NCBI RefSeq assembly: GCF_002113885.1
Contig: NW_018408547.1
Span: forward strand, 205,165 to 269,164
Reading direction: 5' to 3'
Origin: Mizuhopecten yessoensis
Taxonomy: Eukaryota
Length of the DNA: 64,000 bases
The notes under the pieces: model-generated
Told to the model about the DNA's origin: nothing
The model's database searches: none
What the model saw: only the letters and a program-made list of their open reading frames with translations
Part shown: positions 1 through 11,934 of the stretch, one piece after another
Numbering within the stretch: position 1 is the stretch's first letter
Layout of the letters: every line of letters starts with the position of its first letter
Program-made: the position numbers and the translations under genes

Positions 1-213
1 AAGGTTCCCTCATAATTACAAAAAATACACAACTCAGCCATAAACGTAGAAGGTTCCCTCATAATTACAAAAAATACACAACTCAGCCATAAACGTAGAA
101 GGTTCCCTCATAATTACAAAAAATACACAACTCAGCCATAAACGTAGAAAGGTTCCCTCATAATTACAAAAAATACACAACTCAGGCATAAACGTAGAAA
201 GGTTCCCTCATAA
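1..213. repeat. 49-51 bp tandem repeat, about 4 copies visible, in a PANK4 intron
   Basis: Unit AGGTTCCCTCATAATTACAAAAAATACACAACTCAGCCATAAACGTAGA repeats from the window edge. Confidence 0.95.
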
Positions 214-243
214 TCCACTTTACTGTTTATCCTAATAACTGAC

Positions 244-431
244 CTTTGACCAGAAGTTGATGGCAAATGTAATAGTACGCATGGTTAACGGATGACCCCG
301 GATAAAATAGCCTCCGAAGTAGATCTTGGTCAGTCCGTGCATCCGAGCATGGAGACAGGCTATTTGACCAATGTCGTTGCTGATGGACAACAGGAGTGAC
401 CGAGCTATGTCTTCCTCCTTGAAGCTTGATT
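244..431 (-). CDS. PANK4: PANK4 coding exon 7; gene continues beyond the window
   Basis: Encodes (E)[62 protein letters not shown]; ttcag acceptor, gtcagt donor; type II PanK C-terminal motifs. Confidence 0.93.
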
Positions 432-879
432 CTGAAGAGTGAAAATTGAAATGATAATGAAAATTGATTTTAAGGAGGAAGTTGTGAGAAAAGAAACGAT
501 TTTTTTTTAACATACAATGTGAATTTTAACCCTAGTATGTGCAAGACTCTAATTTGTGACCTACCATGTCTGTGTGCGACATTAAACTGTCACCTACCTA
601 TACCTGTGAGAGGTTGTGCAAATTATACCTGAGTCTTTTCATCACTGTGGGTCTTACTCAGGTATTTCTGTGACAGTATGACTTATCTTGATCTTTGTTT
701 ATTGTGAAACTTACCTAGGCATTTGTTCGACAGTGTTACCTCCCATTGTCAAAGTTTGACTATCCTAGTCCATGTGCGACAGTGTGGCCTACTGTGATTT
801 TTTTGTTACTGCTTTACCTACCCTGGTCAGTGTGTGAGTGTGTGATCTACCCTGAACAGGGTGTGATGATTAGGCCTAC

Positions 880-1039
880 CTTGATCTTTATGTGGTTGTG
901 TAGCCTTGCCAAAACTGCTAGCGATAACATCTCCTGTTAGGCCAATACTTGAGTACTCTCCACCATAAATGTCCTTGACCAACATGTCCACCTCCCGATG
1001 GTCTCCCTTCTCTGCCAACTCCAGCAACTCATCAAAGGT
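880..1039 (-). CDS. PANK4: PANK4 coding exon 6
   Basis: [45 protein letters not shown]; tacag acceptor, gtaggc donor. Confidence 0.93.
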
Positions 1040-1359
1040 CTGTATTACACATTTATAGATACTTAATTTAATAGCTAATCAGTTCATTGCATAAACACAA
1101 ATTTTCATAAAACTGCAATATTTTTTGTTAAATATAATAAAGAGTATGTTGCCACATTACAATTTCAATGTACTGTTTCAGAGCATTTAGTAATCAACAA
1201 TACCTATCAGTAATGTGTTGTCCACTTGACCACTGACACAAATGACCCCAAGTCCTAAAATGTTGCACTACTACTCTGTGACCTATTTTATGGCCTACTT
1301 TGGCCTGTCAGCAATGACCCCTGACCCCAGAATGTCCAGATGTCTAACGTGTAGCCTAC

Positions 1360-1452
1360 CTTGGCTTTTGTCAGCAGTGAGCCCAGACCCCAGAATGTCC
1401 CGCCTCCATTTGATGTTCCACCAATCCTCTCAAACTTTGTTTCAGAATCCAC
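1360..1452 (-). CDS. PANK4: PANK4 coding exon 5
   Basis: [31 protein letters not shown]; tttag acceptor, gtaggc donor; phase 0-0. Confidence 0.93.
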
Positions 1453-1657
1453 CTAAAGAAAAGATGTTATTTTGAAGAATAAATGAATTAATGCAACATC
1501 ACTGATAACTGCGATAGCAAAACGTTTACATTCTATTTTCAAAAAGTAATATCTTATACAAGTTTCGGATAATTTAGATTAAATATATAAATATTTGTTC
1601 AAGATGATAAACATGTACTTTTAAATCAATTCAAGTGCAGGCTAACAAGTTGTCAGT

Positions 1658-2464
1658 TACCTCACCTTGATCAGACAGATCCACAACCCTGTTGTTTACC
1701 TCAACTTTATCAGACTGACCTTTAACCTTACAATGGCCATACTTTAACAAGACTAACGCCTACCCAGATCTAGATGTTTTGACATTACTTTGGACAAGGC
1801 TGACCTTCAACTCTATCATGACCTCCCCTTGACTAGACTGACCCTGACTCAAACATGACCTCCCCTGATCAGAATGAACCCCGATCCTATATGTTGAACT
1901 CCGCTTGATCATACTGACCCCTGACCCTATGTTGACCTCAACTTGATTAGACTGAACCCTGACCCTATGTTGACCTCACCTTAATTAGACTGAACCCTGA
2001 CCCTATGTTGAACTCAACTAGATAAGATTGACCATTGACCCTTTGTTGACCTTGCCTTGATTAGACTGAACCCTGACCTTATGTTGTCCTCAACTTAATC
2101 AGGCCAATCCTTGACCCTATGTTGACCTCAACTTGATCAGGATACCCTAGGTTGTCCTCACCTTGATCAGGCTAATCCCTGACCCTATGTTGTACTCACC
2201 TTGTTCAGGCTAATCCCTGACCTTATGTTGACCTCACCTTGATCAGGTTAGTCCCTGACCCTATGTTGTACTCACCTTGTTCAGGCTAATCCCTGACCCT
2301 ATGTTGACCTCACCTTGATCAGGCTAACCCTTAACCCTTTGTTGACCTCACCTTGATCAGGCTAGCCCCGACCCTATGTTGACCTCACCTTGATCAGGCT
2401 AGCCCCTGACCCTATGTTGACCCCACCCTGATCAGGCTAACCCCCGACCCTATGATGACCTCAC
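1658..2464 (-). repeat. ~38-bp tandem array derived from the PANK4 exon 4 3' end plus donor
   Basis: Minus-strand unit GTCAACATAGGGTCAGGGGTTAGCCTGATCAAG-GTGAG, about 20 copies, decaying away from the exon. Confidence 0.92.
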
Positions 2465-2648
2465 CTTGATCAGGCTAACCCCTGACCCTATGTTGACCAG
2501 GAGGTAAGGGAAGACATTATGGTTCACTCCCTGGAACTTGTACTCTGGTTCTGCGTGACGATGATAGGAGAATGCCTCGTCCGGGATGTTTTGTAGCAGA
2601 AAGTTACATCCCTGTATGAGGCATTGCATTTCATCTTCTTTGTCTATT
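2465..2648 (-). CDS. PANK4: PANK4 coding exon 4
   Basis: IDKEDEMQCLIQGCNFLLQNIPDEAFSY...FPYLLVNIGSGVSLIK; atcag acceptor, gtgagg donor. Confidence 0.93.
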
Positions 2649-2848
2649 CTGATTAGGAAAAAAAACAACAGCAATACAATGTACACTCACTTAAATATGA
2701 ATACATTCAAATGGCAATCAACAGTTGGATTTGGTCAATTTTCCTAGTTTTGTTGATTATTTTATTACTTTGAATCCAGAGTCCCTTTATTGGTTACTGT
2801 ACAACATCTTCTTTTTCTCAATGGTCGGAATAAACTTAAAATACTCAC

Positions 2849-3063
2849 TGTACACCCAGTTTTGAGTTGATGAGGTTTCGATATTTATGGGCTCCGCCCC
2901 CTGTAGCCTTGATGACCTTGTCTTTCATGGGTGATCCCTTCAGGTGTCTCTGGATGAAGTCCAGACATGTCTCAATGAGTCGTGTCTCAAACTTGACAAA
3001 ATGGAGGCGGTTTGTGAACTCATCTTCCTCAGATACCTGGTAGATACTACCAGCTCCCTCCAA
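2849..3063 (-). CDS. PANK4: PANK4 coding exon 3
   Basis: LEGAGSIY...RLHFVKFET...IKATGGGAHKY; tgcag acceptor, gtgagt donor. Confidence 0.93.
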
Positions 3064-3138
3064 CTGCAATTACACAAACTAGGCATTTTGTTACAATGTT
3101 CAGACTAAGCTTTAAGCTGGCATGTTAAATACCATTAA

Positions 3139-3220
3139 CTCAATCACCCCTACATTTTTAAACTGGGCGTGCCAGGCTTTGATTTGGTAAGGTTCAAATG
3201 TGACTTTAAGGGTGAATGGG
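3139..3220. mobile_element. Short TTAA-flanked MITE (piggyBac-like)
   Basis: ttaa-CTCAATCACCCCT...AAGGGTGAATGGG-ttaa; similar ends and length to 53483-53565. Confidence 0.6.
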
Positions 3221-3839
3221 TTAACAAGCTCTCCAAGGAATTGATTTTCCTACAATGACACAATAATTATAGATATTACAATATCTCTTTATTGTACCTA
3301 GCAATATGAAGTTCATTTTTTTTGTAAAATAACATCAGTTTGAAAGGCCTGATACTTGTTGTATCGTCTACTGACTGAGGATACTGTTGATTTTGCACCA
3401 TTAAAAGTAAATCGAAAATCCAGTCCGACAGATTTTTGTGATCACATACAAAAATTTGGATTTTTTTTTGAATCACAGGTAAATTTATAGTGCACATGCA
3501 GTACTTGATATTGGAGCAGATTACTTAATCAACAAATGTAGAGCACTCATGATCAGCCATCCAAGCTACCCACCCCACCTGACATTGGTTAACTCATTAA
3601 TTCAGCATATGTATATCAATACCAACTGCACACCCATTTAAACTAGATAAGGACCAATTAAATAATGTCTTCAATTCACTACTGTTGCAGTATTGCAAAA
3701 CCGGCTAAGTCCAAAATAAAAAGGTGTATACGTGATTGAAAATTCAATTTTGTAAGAATTATAATTGTTACAATATAATGAATGTTGTGAGTTTAAAAGA
3801 GAACAGGATCATGGCCTGGTCAGTGAGGCTAAAACTCAC

Positions 3840-3916
3840 CTCACACAAGTCCTCAAATACCAGGGAGGTCCTTCGCTGTAGCGTGGAGCTATAGGCTAGC
3901 TTGGCCAGAGAACCAC
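3840..3916 (-). CDS. PANK4: PANK4 coding exon 2
   Basis: (G)GSLAKLAYSSTLQRRTSLVFEDLCE completes the DIGGSL ATP-binding motif; aatag acceptor, gtgagt donor. Confidence 0.9.
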
Positions 3917-4824
3917 CTATTTATTCAAAACAAAGTGGAATAACATAAAACATTTTAATGATATTGGAAATCTTGCCGACGGTATGGAAGTAATAACCTT
4001 TCCTTATATATAATCTACAGTTCAGCTTACCTCACCTTCACAAGTGCCTCATAAGCTTGTGGTTTGTTACCGATATCTATTAGCCCTCATGTGTTGATGA
4101 GCCGTTCAGCAATGTAATAATGGCTGCATGTATACAACCTCTTAATGCAATGTGTGGATTACATGGCATTTTGTATATTTTCATCATTTAAATGAGTTAT
4201 TTCATGCATAGAAAATTATCTCATTCTTTTTCATGTGTATTGTCACTTTTCTGAAAACTATGGTATTATCAATTACATTATACATACAGAAAAAGTTCCA
4301 TATCTATGAGATAAATGCACACCGACACATGATACATTATACATTTAACATTGGAGGTGGTTTATACATCTCAAGGACTTTCAGTAGACCCTTGAGAATA
4401 TCGTTTTGCCTCCAAAATGAACTTTGACTCTTTGGTTTGAAAGGCCATGTCTATCTGACATGTATTTTGACTGTCTCAAACCATGGGAAATGATATAAAA
4501 AATAATTATTATTCATGTTTCTTATATACCACTTTTCCACAACCTATGTCGTCTCAAAGAGGTAAAGTATATAGTGGAAGGATACAGTGCCATAATGTGA
4601 CTCCAACCTGCAACCCATCGGTCACGAGCACAGCGTCCTTGCACTAGACTACCATGTCTCAAGCTCTGATGCTTGACTTCTGAACTTGCTACTGTCAACG
4701 GACAATTGAATACCTTGATCTCTGATTAAAATGCACACTCTTTTATGGTTTCATGCACATAGACTTTGTGTAACATAAATTAACACAATATCTTGGTACA
4801 ACACATAAGCAAATTTACACACAC

Positions 4825-4930
4825 CTATGTCAATTGCAAAATGTTTGGCATTTTTCAGGTTCCTGAAGACCTGTTCATCCGGTAAAGAAATGCTGACCGC
4901 ATATGACTTCTGGCAATCATTTTGAGCCAT
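4825..4930 (-). CDS. PANK4: PANK4 coding exon 1 (start codon)
   Basis: MAQNDCQKSYAVSISLPDEQVFRNLKNAKHFAIDI matches the PANK4-type N-terminus ([25 protein letters not shown]); the exon probably begins at the ttcag acceptor near 5055. Confidence 0.9.
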
Positions 4931-5119
4931 TCTAGCTCAGCGTCAATAGCAAGTCAAAAAACATGACACATACAGTGCTGTCGCCCTATAGGAGTTTTCA
5001 TTGATCTGTCAGGCCTTGTTTTCTGGGTCAAAGACAACACAAGTGATGATGTCCTCTGAAATAAATAATGACAACGATTAAAAAAGCAATTTTTACATAA
5101 AATATTATATGCATTACAT

Positions 5120-5373
5120 TTGATTGGTTTGGGGTAAAAAAAACCTGACCAATTACTAGGCCGATATATGTCCTCTTAAGATTAACAGTGGAGAGACATC
5201 TTTCTTAAAGGCTGTCAATATTAGCTTTACACTGCCATACGATGCAAACTAAAAGACAAAACCAGTCTACTTGTATCATACACGGTGGTGCATACTGAGC
5301 CTTTAATTTTGTTGTGGCATATTCCAGGGGTGCAGAGAACATAAATGAGAGTAGTCCCTGGAATTTGAGAATG
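5120..5373. mobile_element. Degraded partial copy of the MITE at 28611-28966
   Basis: Shares AAAAAAACCTGACCAAT, AAGATTA..GGAGAGAC and the right TIR GAGCCTTTAATTTTG...CATATTCCAGGGGTG with that element. Confidence 0.7.
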
Positions 5374-5546
5374 AACTCTGCGCAGAATGCAATTTAATTT
5401 ATTATGTTTTCATTGAATTTGACTATGAATTTAATTTATATAAATAAAAAAATTGTATTTGTTCTTTACTTTGAGGTAGATTTTCACTAAGTAGACAGCA
5501 AACAACCAGCTATCTTCAACATTGTGTCTTATCTGTTATTACTTCT

Positions 5547-5975
5547 GTAACAAAGGTCAATATTTTTTCAATGCCTCCACTAGGAGTCAAACCCTAGACC
5601 TCTGGATCAATAGACTTATGCTCTACCGAATGAGCTAAAGAGAAATTCTCCCCAACTGCTTTCTACCGTCAGTCCGTAGGAAGCATCTAGTATTTTACCA
5701 GGGTGACATGTACTCCCCCTCTAGGAAAGAACTTGTCCCAAGTTTTCCAGGGATCATATTGTGATTCTTGTAAAAGTATTGTTGAGTGTATTTGTCAATA
5801 TTACCTGGACCCCAATGTAACAGAGGTCAATCGTTATTTTTTTAATGCTTCTGCTTGGAGTCAAACCCAGGCATTAGTTAGTTTACTAGTCTTATGCTCT
5901 ATACCAAATGAGCTAAAGAGAAATTCTCCCTAGCCTAGTCGGTAGGAAGCAGCTAGTATTTTAACAGGGTCACAT
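5547..5975 (-). repeat. Two tandem tRNA-derived repeat units (tRNA pseudogene or SINE-like)
   Basis: Minus strand TAGCTCATTCGGTAGAGCATAAG...GGTTTGACTCC (Pol III A and B boxes); units at about 5547-5710 and 5817-5975. Confidence 0.6.
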
Positions 5976-6588
5976 TTATTGGTGGCCACTATTCTAACAC
6001 AATACTGATCATACAAAATATAAAACAGCTTTAAATTATCTTGAAGAAATCCTATGAAAAACAGGAAGATTTTCTGCTGTCATGAGTCCACCATTTCTTA
6101 GAGTTTAATAGGCAAATAAAAAGATAACAATACCACAATGTTTATTTCATATTATTACAATTTCAATGACAACATTCTTTAACTGACCTTTGGATTCTGA
6201 TTTATTCCCCTATGAAACCTGAGCAATAGCTAGTCAGCTGACTGGGGTCGGCCAAATTCCTGCAGCATACGCAGTATGTAGAGTTTTGTTATTTCTATTA
6301 CAATCACACCGACTTATAAATCATACATATAGGGACTTTCTTATTTACTGAAATACTTTGAACAATGGAAGTGCTACAATTTCGTTAGTTTCTGTGCATG
6401 ATCAGCATGTCGATATGATTAGCTTCGGCCCACTCGTTTCGCGGATTCACGCATCACTCCATCAGGCCTTCAGCTGTCAGTAGCCGTTCTATGTGAAGAG
6501 AGTCAAACATGCGTGGAATTCACATATATATTTCACTTTGTTGTTAATTAACAACAAGATTAAACAAAATGTCATGTAGTTTAGTTAC

Positions 6589-6765
6589 CCGCCTGTGGGG
6601 ATGTCACTTAATTAGCTTCAAACGGCAGACATTCCTCGATGTAAACAACGTTTTAGTTTTCCGGAAGTGAATTTATTGGTCAAAGGTCAAAGAGAAACGG
6701 AAATACACACCTTTTTCCCGCCAAACTTCAACACAGTCCATGGCAATCTCTACCCAGAGTTGTCG
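6589..6765 (-). promoter_or_regulatory. Probable PANK4 non-coding first exon and core promoter
   Basis: Donor GGCGG-gtaact at 6588; ETS motif CCGGAAGTG at 6661; local CpG enrichment. Confidence 0.4.
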
Positions 6766-6810
6766 TTCCTTTTCAATCACACACACAATGGAGATTGAGT
6801 CTATGGTTCT

Positions 6811-6879
6811 TTAGTCTCGTTCAATCAGACTATTGTTGACTGCGTCTGGTCAGGTCTATGGTCTGGTTGAACGAGGCCA
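6811..6879. mobile_element. Tiny hairpin MITE-like element
   Basis: CTCGTTCAATCAGAC...GTCTGGTTGAACGAG inverted repeat. Confidence 0.5.
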
Positions 6880-7929
6880 CGATTCCTTGTACCGTTAGCC
6901 AACATGGGCTGTGTATTTCATCTTTCGATGTATACAGTCACAGATAACTTATTGCGTACGTACGCGTCAATGCATTAAGAACTTATTCATTTTTTGTGAT
7001 TTTATATAAATTTTTAACTGAACATGTCCCTTTAGAAAGAGAAGTTTTCTGCAATTTCTTTTTCAATCACGGTTTTATTTCTAAAATTATCTTGTTTTGT
7101 TACTGGAAACCCGTTTTAGACTATTTAAAATGTTTCTGAAATTTGTATATATATTTTTTCTGTGTGTAAGCGACTACTATAGATCAGCTAGGCCCTTTCG
7201 CGTATCCGGCTGACCGCTCAACCGGTTTCTATGGAACGCAAAATTAACATCATATATATCAAATATTTACACAGGGGGAAAAAAAGCCCGGGCTTACACA
7301 TAAAAAATCTGTGTGTGCCATTGTCAAAAAAGTAGCCACTGAAACAAAACAAAAGATGACACCATGTTATCAAGATATCTTAATTGACCTTTGTATTAAT
7401 TATTTACTAAACGCTTATAATACTCTAATATGTCATGGTCGTCTATTACTTCCAATCCGGTATTTTCGGTGTTTCAGTATGTTGACAGAAGTAAATTTTC
7501 AAAATGAAGAAGGCTTCCAATATTTAAAAATATACCTTCTTCAAGACAAAATCACGTAATACTGATTCAGTTCCTGCCACGACGTCGGTTACTAAAAATC
7601 CGGTACATGCAAATATTGCTGATAATCTAACAAGTCCATCCACAGGCCCAAGCAGCACACAGCATAGCACGTGCTTGGACCCTCCAAATCCAAGTATCAC
7701 ACAGCATAGCACGTGCTTGGACCCTCCAAATCCAAGAAAGATACTCCAGCAAGGACCATGGTACATTGACATGGGATTTAAATCCCAGCAAGAAATCAAT
7801 TCAGAACAATTGTCCACAATCTATTGACGACACCGTCTCAGTGACAGAGCGTGGACACATTTGAATTTCCTTCAATGTAGTTAAGACAGTCTTGAGTTTA
7901 ACGATATTGTCGATAGAAACTACAAGAAT

Positions 7930-8576
7930 TTATTTTTTCTAATCAGATGATCGGATGAAGACTTCTTATACATTCTCGCAGGGAAAATATGAATTAGCAT
8001 TATTGTAAAAGTGGGACCCAGACCTTTCTCCGTCATGGTATTTAGGCTGGTTAGATAGAAAATAAACTTCTGGTACGTAGCATGACTGAAAAAATAGGAT
8101 AGATTGGTCGGGATTTATATACTTTTCTCCCACAATCATTATAGGTTTCCTCACTCCCGATTCATTGGATAAACATGCTAGGAGTTGGTAAACATTTTTG
8201 GTTACCCACTAGTGAGTAACACCCTCAACCTGATTTCATTGGTCATTTTTTTACTTATGACGTCACGTAACAATGCTTTGCGACGTCATCTTCCATTGTG
8301 ACGTCATGATTCACGGCAATTGTTTCCACCATCGGATGCATACATAGTGTACCTTCAAGGGAAACATGACTTTCCAGATAAAATATGAACATTATTGGAG
8401 AAAAAGGATCCCAAACTCGTGATGGTAGAATATCATGTTTATCTAACTCTCGTTAGTTAATTTTAAAATTGTAAAAGACACTCGGGAAACTTCGTGTCTT
8501 TATACAATTTGAAAATTAACTAACTCGAGTTAGATAAACATGATAACCAACCATCACTCGTTGGGGAACCTCTATA
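7930..8576 (+). mobile_element. Non-autonomous element with long terminal hairpin (8405-8571); class uncertain, possibly Crypton-like
   Basis: About 165-bp palindrome ending in CTCTATATA; body 8125-8325 matches 47640-47845 in reverse complement. Confidence 0.65.
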
Positions 8577-9159
8577 TAACTTATAGAACTTTACATTATA
8601 TATTTTTCTCCTTCTGTTTTGAGGGGCTACTTTATTTGATTTTATGAGCTGCTTTTATTAACGTACTCAAAATGCGTCTGATAAGCAATGTCTAAAATCA
8701 TGATTAGAAAAGTATTTGATTCTATATATGACTATAGTTTAGCGGAAGTCGTTTCACTTTATATTTTTTACTGAATAGTACAAAGGCAAATCAAGACCGT
8801 CTTTCCTCGCTAGAAATGCTACATGTCCACAGAGAATTTTTTATCAATAACACAAAAACAAAAGGAAAGTGTCTTTTATCAAGAAGTTTCTAGCTGTAAG
8901 CTGTAAATTGCATGTTGGTTGGGCACGTGTAGTGTAAAATAAACATAATAGCGAATATGAGTATTGTGATGTTCTTTAATTCAGCGCATTTTACACTAAA
9001 ATGTGTCTTTAAATAACTGTCTCGGATAACAATTTGAATGCCTCGTAAAATCTTAAAAGTCATTTTCCGTCGGGGGGCTCCGCCCCCCTGAGCCCCCCAC
9101 CTGGGCTTACACATATCGATGGGCCTAGCTACGCCCTTGTTTTGTTATACATAACAAAT

Positions 9160-10205
9160 CATTTAAAGATTTAAACATATATTGACCACTGTGACCTTGA
9201 ATATGGGCGAAGGTCATTCATTTGGTAGTCCTTCATCCCAGCATGTTAATGGCCAAATATCATGCACCATTGGGCTTTTGCTTATTAAGAAGAAATCGTT
9301 TAAATGTTTTTAACATATTTGACCTGTGACCTTGAATATATGTCAAGGTCATTTATTTGAACAAACTTTGTAGCCCTTCATCCCAGCATGCTACTAGCCA
9401 AATATCATTACCCTAGGCCTCTTGGTTATTCAAAAGAAGTTATTGTAAAGGTTTTTAACATAATCAACCCTTGTGACCTTGAATAAACAGTAAGTCAAGG
9501 TCATTCATTTGAACAAACTTGATAGTCCTTCATCCGAGCATATTACTGGCAAAATATCATCACCTGATACATCTTGGTTATTCAGAAGAAGTTGTCAAAA
9601 GGTTTTTTATTTGGACAAACTTGGCAGTACTTTATTCCAGCATGCTAATGGCCAAATATATCATCATCAACCTAGGCATTTTGGTTATTCAGAAGAAGTT
9701 GTATCACAGGTTCAAACATATTTGACCCCTATGACCTTGAATATAAGTCAAGTTCATTCATTTGAACAAACTTGGTAGTCCTTCATCCTAGCATGCAACA
9801 GACCGAATATCAGTACCCTGGACCTTTTGGTTATTGAGAAATCGTTTGAAGATTTTACATTTGACCCATGTGACCTTTAAAGTGGATCAATGTCATTCAT
9901 TTGAACAAACTTGGCAGTCCTTCATCCCAGCATGCTACAGGCCCAATATCAGTATCCTTGGCCTCTTGGTTATTGAGGAGAAGTCGTAAGAAGATTTTAA
10001 GACATTTGACCCCTGTGACCTTGAAAGTCGGCAAGGTCATTCATTTGAACAAACTTTGTAGCCCATAATCCCAGCATGCTGCAGGCCCAATATCAGTACC
10101 CTGGGATTTTTGGTTATTGAGAAGAAGTTGTTTAAAGTAAAATATTGACGCCGGACGACGGACGCTGTGCCATGGCATAAGCCCACTTGCCCTTTGCCCT
10201 TTAAA
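9160..10205. mobile_element. HINE/Helentron-type element with ~130-bp internal satellite
   Basis: Repeated TGACCTTGAA...AAGGTCATTCATTTGAACAAACTTGGTAGTCCTTCATCCCAGCATG units; GACG microsatellite; terminal CATGGCATAAGCCCACTTGCCC. Confidence 0.8.
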
Positions 10206-10304
10206 ATCTTGATTAAGAATATTTTTAAGCAATTGTAGCAAAATCTTGATTAAGAATATTTTTAAGCAATTGTAGCAAAACTGGACAGGGTCATTCATCA
10301 GCAA

Positions 10305-10395
10305 CCAGCTAGTTGCTCAATTGGTATAGCATCCTTCATGTCTTGGAGGGTCCCTTGTTTGAACCCTGATCTGGCTGTTGCATTTTTCCTGTTCC
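10305..10395 (+). repeat. tRNA-derived repeat fragment
   Basis: TGCTCAATTGGTATAGC (A box) and GTTTGAACCC (B box); similar remnants near 36045 and 52725. Confidence 0.45.
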
Positions 10396-10647
10396 ATTTT
10401 TTTTCCTGATTCTATTTAATTTTGTTTACCTTTTCACTATTTCCTTTATCACTCAATCTTTAGTAACCAATTTAACCAAAACGACTGAAACTAAGGTTTA
10501 AGTTTATCTCAATCTTTAGTAGCTAATTTGAAATTTACATAAACAACTGATTATTTTTTAATTATTATAATTGTCTATTTTTCAAAGATTTTACATAAAC
10601 AATTTTGAAACAAATATGACATATTCAAACACATACAAAACAAGCAA

Positions 10648-11237
10648 AACAAGAGGCCCAATGGCATTTTTGAACATTCAGGACAATTCATTTAAAGTTT
10701 TAAACATATTTGATCCCTGTGACCTTGAATATGAGCGAAGGTCATCCATTTTAACAAACTTGGTAGCCCAGCATCTAATTGGCAAAATACCATAACCCTA
10801 GGCCTCTTGGTAATTCAGAAGAAGTTGTTTAAAGGTTTTAAACATATTTGACCCGTGACCTTGAAAATGGGTCAAGGTCATTTGTTTGAACAAACTTGGG
10901 AGCCCTTCATCCCAGTATATTATTGGCAAAATATCATTATCCTATGCCTCTTGGGTATTCAGAAGAAGTTGTTTTAATAATTTAAACATATTTGACCCCT
11001 GTGACCTTGAAAATAGATGAGGTCATTTGTTTGATCAACTTGGTAGCCCTTCATGCTTCATCCCAGCATGTTACTGGCCAAATATCTTCATCCAATGCCT
11101 TTTTGGTTATTGAGAAGAAGTTTTTTAAAGAATTTTCACATATTTGAATTTGACCCCTGTGACCTTGAAAATGGGTAAAAATGGACGGACGCCGCACCAC
11201 GGCATAAGCTCACTTGCCCTTCGGGCAAGTGAGCTAA
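10648..11237. mobile_element. Complete HINE/Helentron-type element, same family as 9160-10205 and 55203-55935
   Basis: AACAAGAGGCCCAATGG start; satellite units; GACGGACG; terminal hairpin AGCTCACTTGCCCTTCGGGCAAGTGAGCT. Confidence 0.85.
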
Positions 11238-11244
11238 TAACAGG

Positions 11245-11915
11245 TCCTTTTCAACAGAACAGAATAAGTCACTATCCTCTAGAATCTACACTAGCGTCCG
11301 TTGCAAGTGTTGAAGCAGGTGAAATTCGGCAAAAAGCATCTTTTAAATCGTCTCCTGGTTTCTAATGAAACTCCACATTTCAGGGATGCACTTTCTATCT
11401 CGTTGAAAGTCGAACCGCTTCGTTGCCTGATGAGCGTAGCCGCTGTACAACCGGTTTTTTTAAACGGTCAGCCTTCTCCGCGAACACGGAATAAATTTCT
11501 GACTTTCTGCAACTTAAATATTTTACATGGTATTTTTGTTTTAAGATAATCAATGCTTGTTAAACATGCTGGTAATGTAAATTAAATTATTAAAAAATAT
11601 GCAAAGTGGAACCATTTGTTTATTACTCAACTGTGTATTTTGTCACCGTTGACAACGCATCATCTTTCCCGCGAAAAAGGCTGTTCAATTAATGTTGGTT
11701 TCATGACGGTGTTTTGCATTTTAACGTGAAAAAAGATATTTTTTTCTTAACTTCAAATAATAAAAGTGGATGTAATAGAATGTTAATATAAGGTTTGAAA
11801 TACCTCTTTTTCCGTTCAAACATATTCTCCATCATGCTTCACATCATGCTTCACATCATGTCAATCATGGAATATGTTTGAACGGAACAGTGTTGCATAC
11901 CCTCATAAATGTTAA
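11245..11915 (+). mobile_element. Non-autonomous element with terminal hairpin (about 11785-11915)
   Basis: TTCCGTTCAAACATATTC...GAATATGTTTGAACGGAA inverted arms; left boundary approximate. Confidence 0.5.
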
Positions 11916-11934
11916 AAAGATGAATTTTAAACCT

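Noticed and set aside
1-213. Repeat as an acceptor-side exon echo or a CRISPR array
   Set aside because: Units are contiguous with no spacers, and do not resemble the expected next PANK4 exon.
4025-4050. Short similarity to the PANK4 exon 2 end, with a GTAAG donor
   Set aside because: Only about 20 bp with gaps, on the upstream side of the exon, and no acceptor identified.
3276-7870. Similar peptides PQSVDDT (3276-3497, minus) and PQSIDDT (about 7815, plus)
   Set aside because: The match is too short and surrounded by stops; I cannot distinguish it from chance.
9509-10304. ORFs within satellite elements (also 37644-38601)
   Set aside because: They are translations of HINE tandem units with no protein motif.
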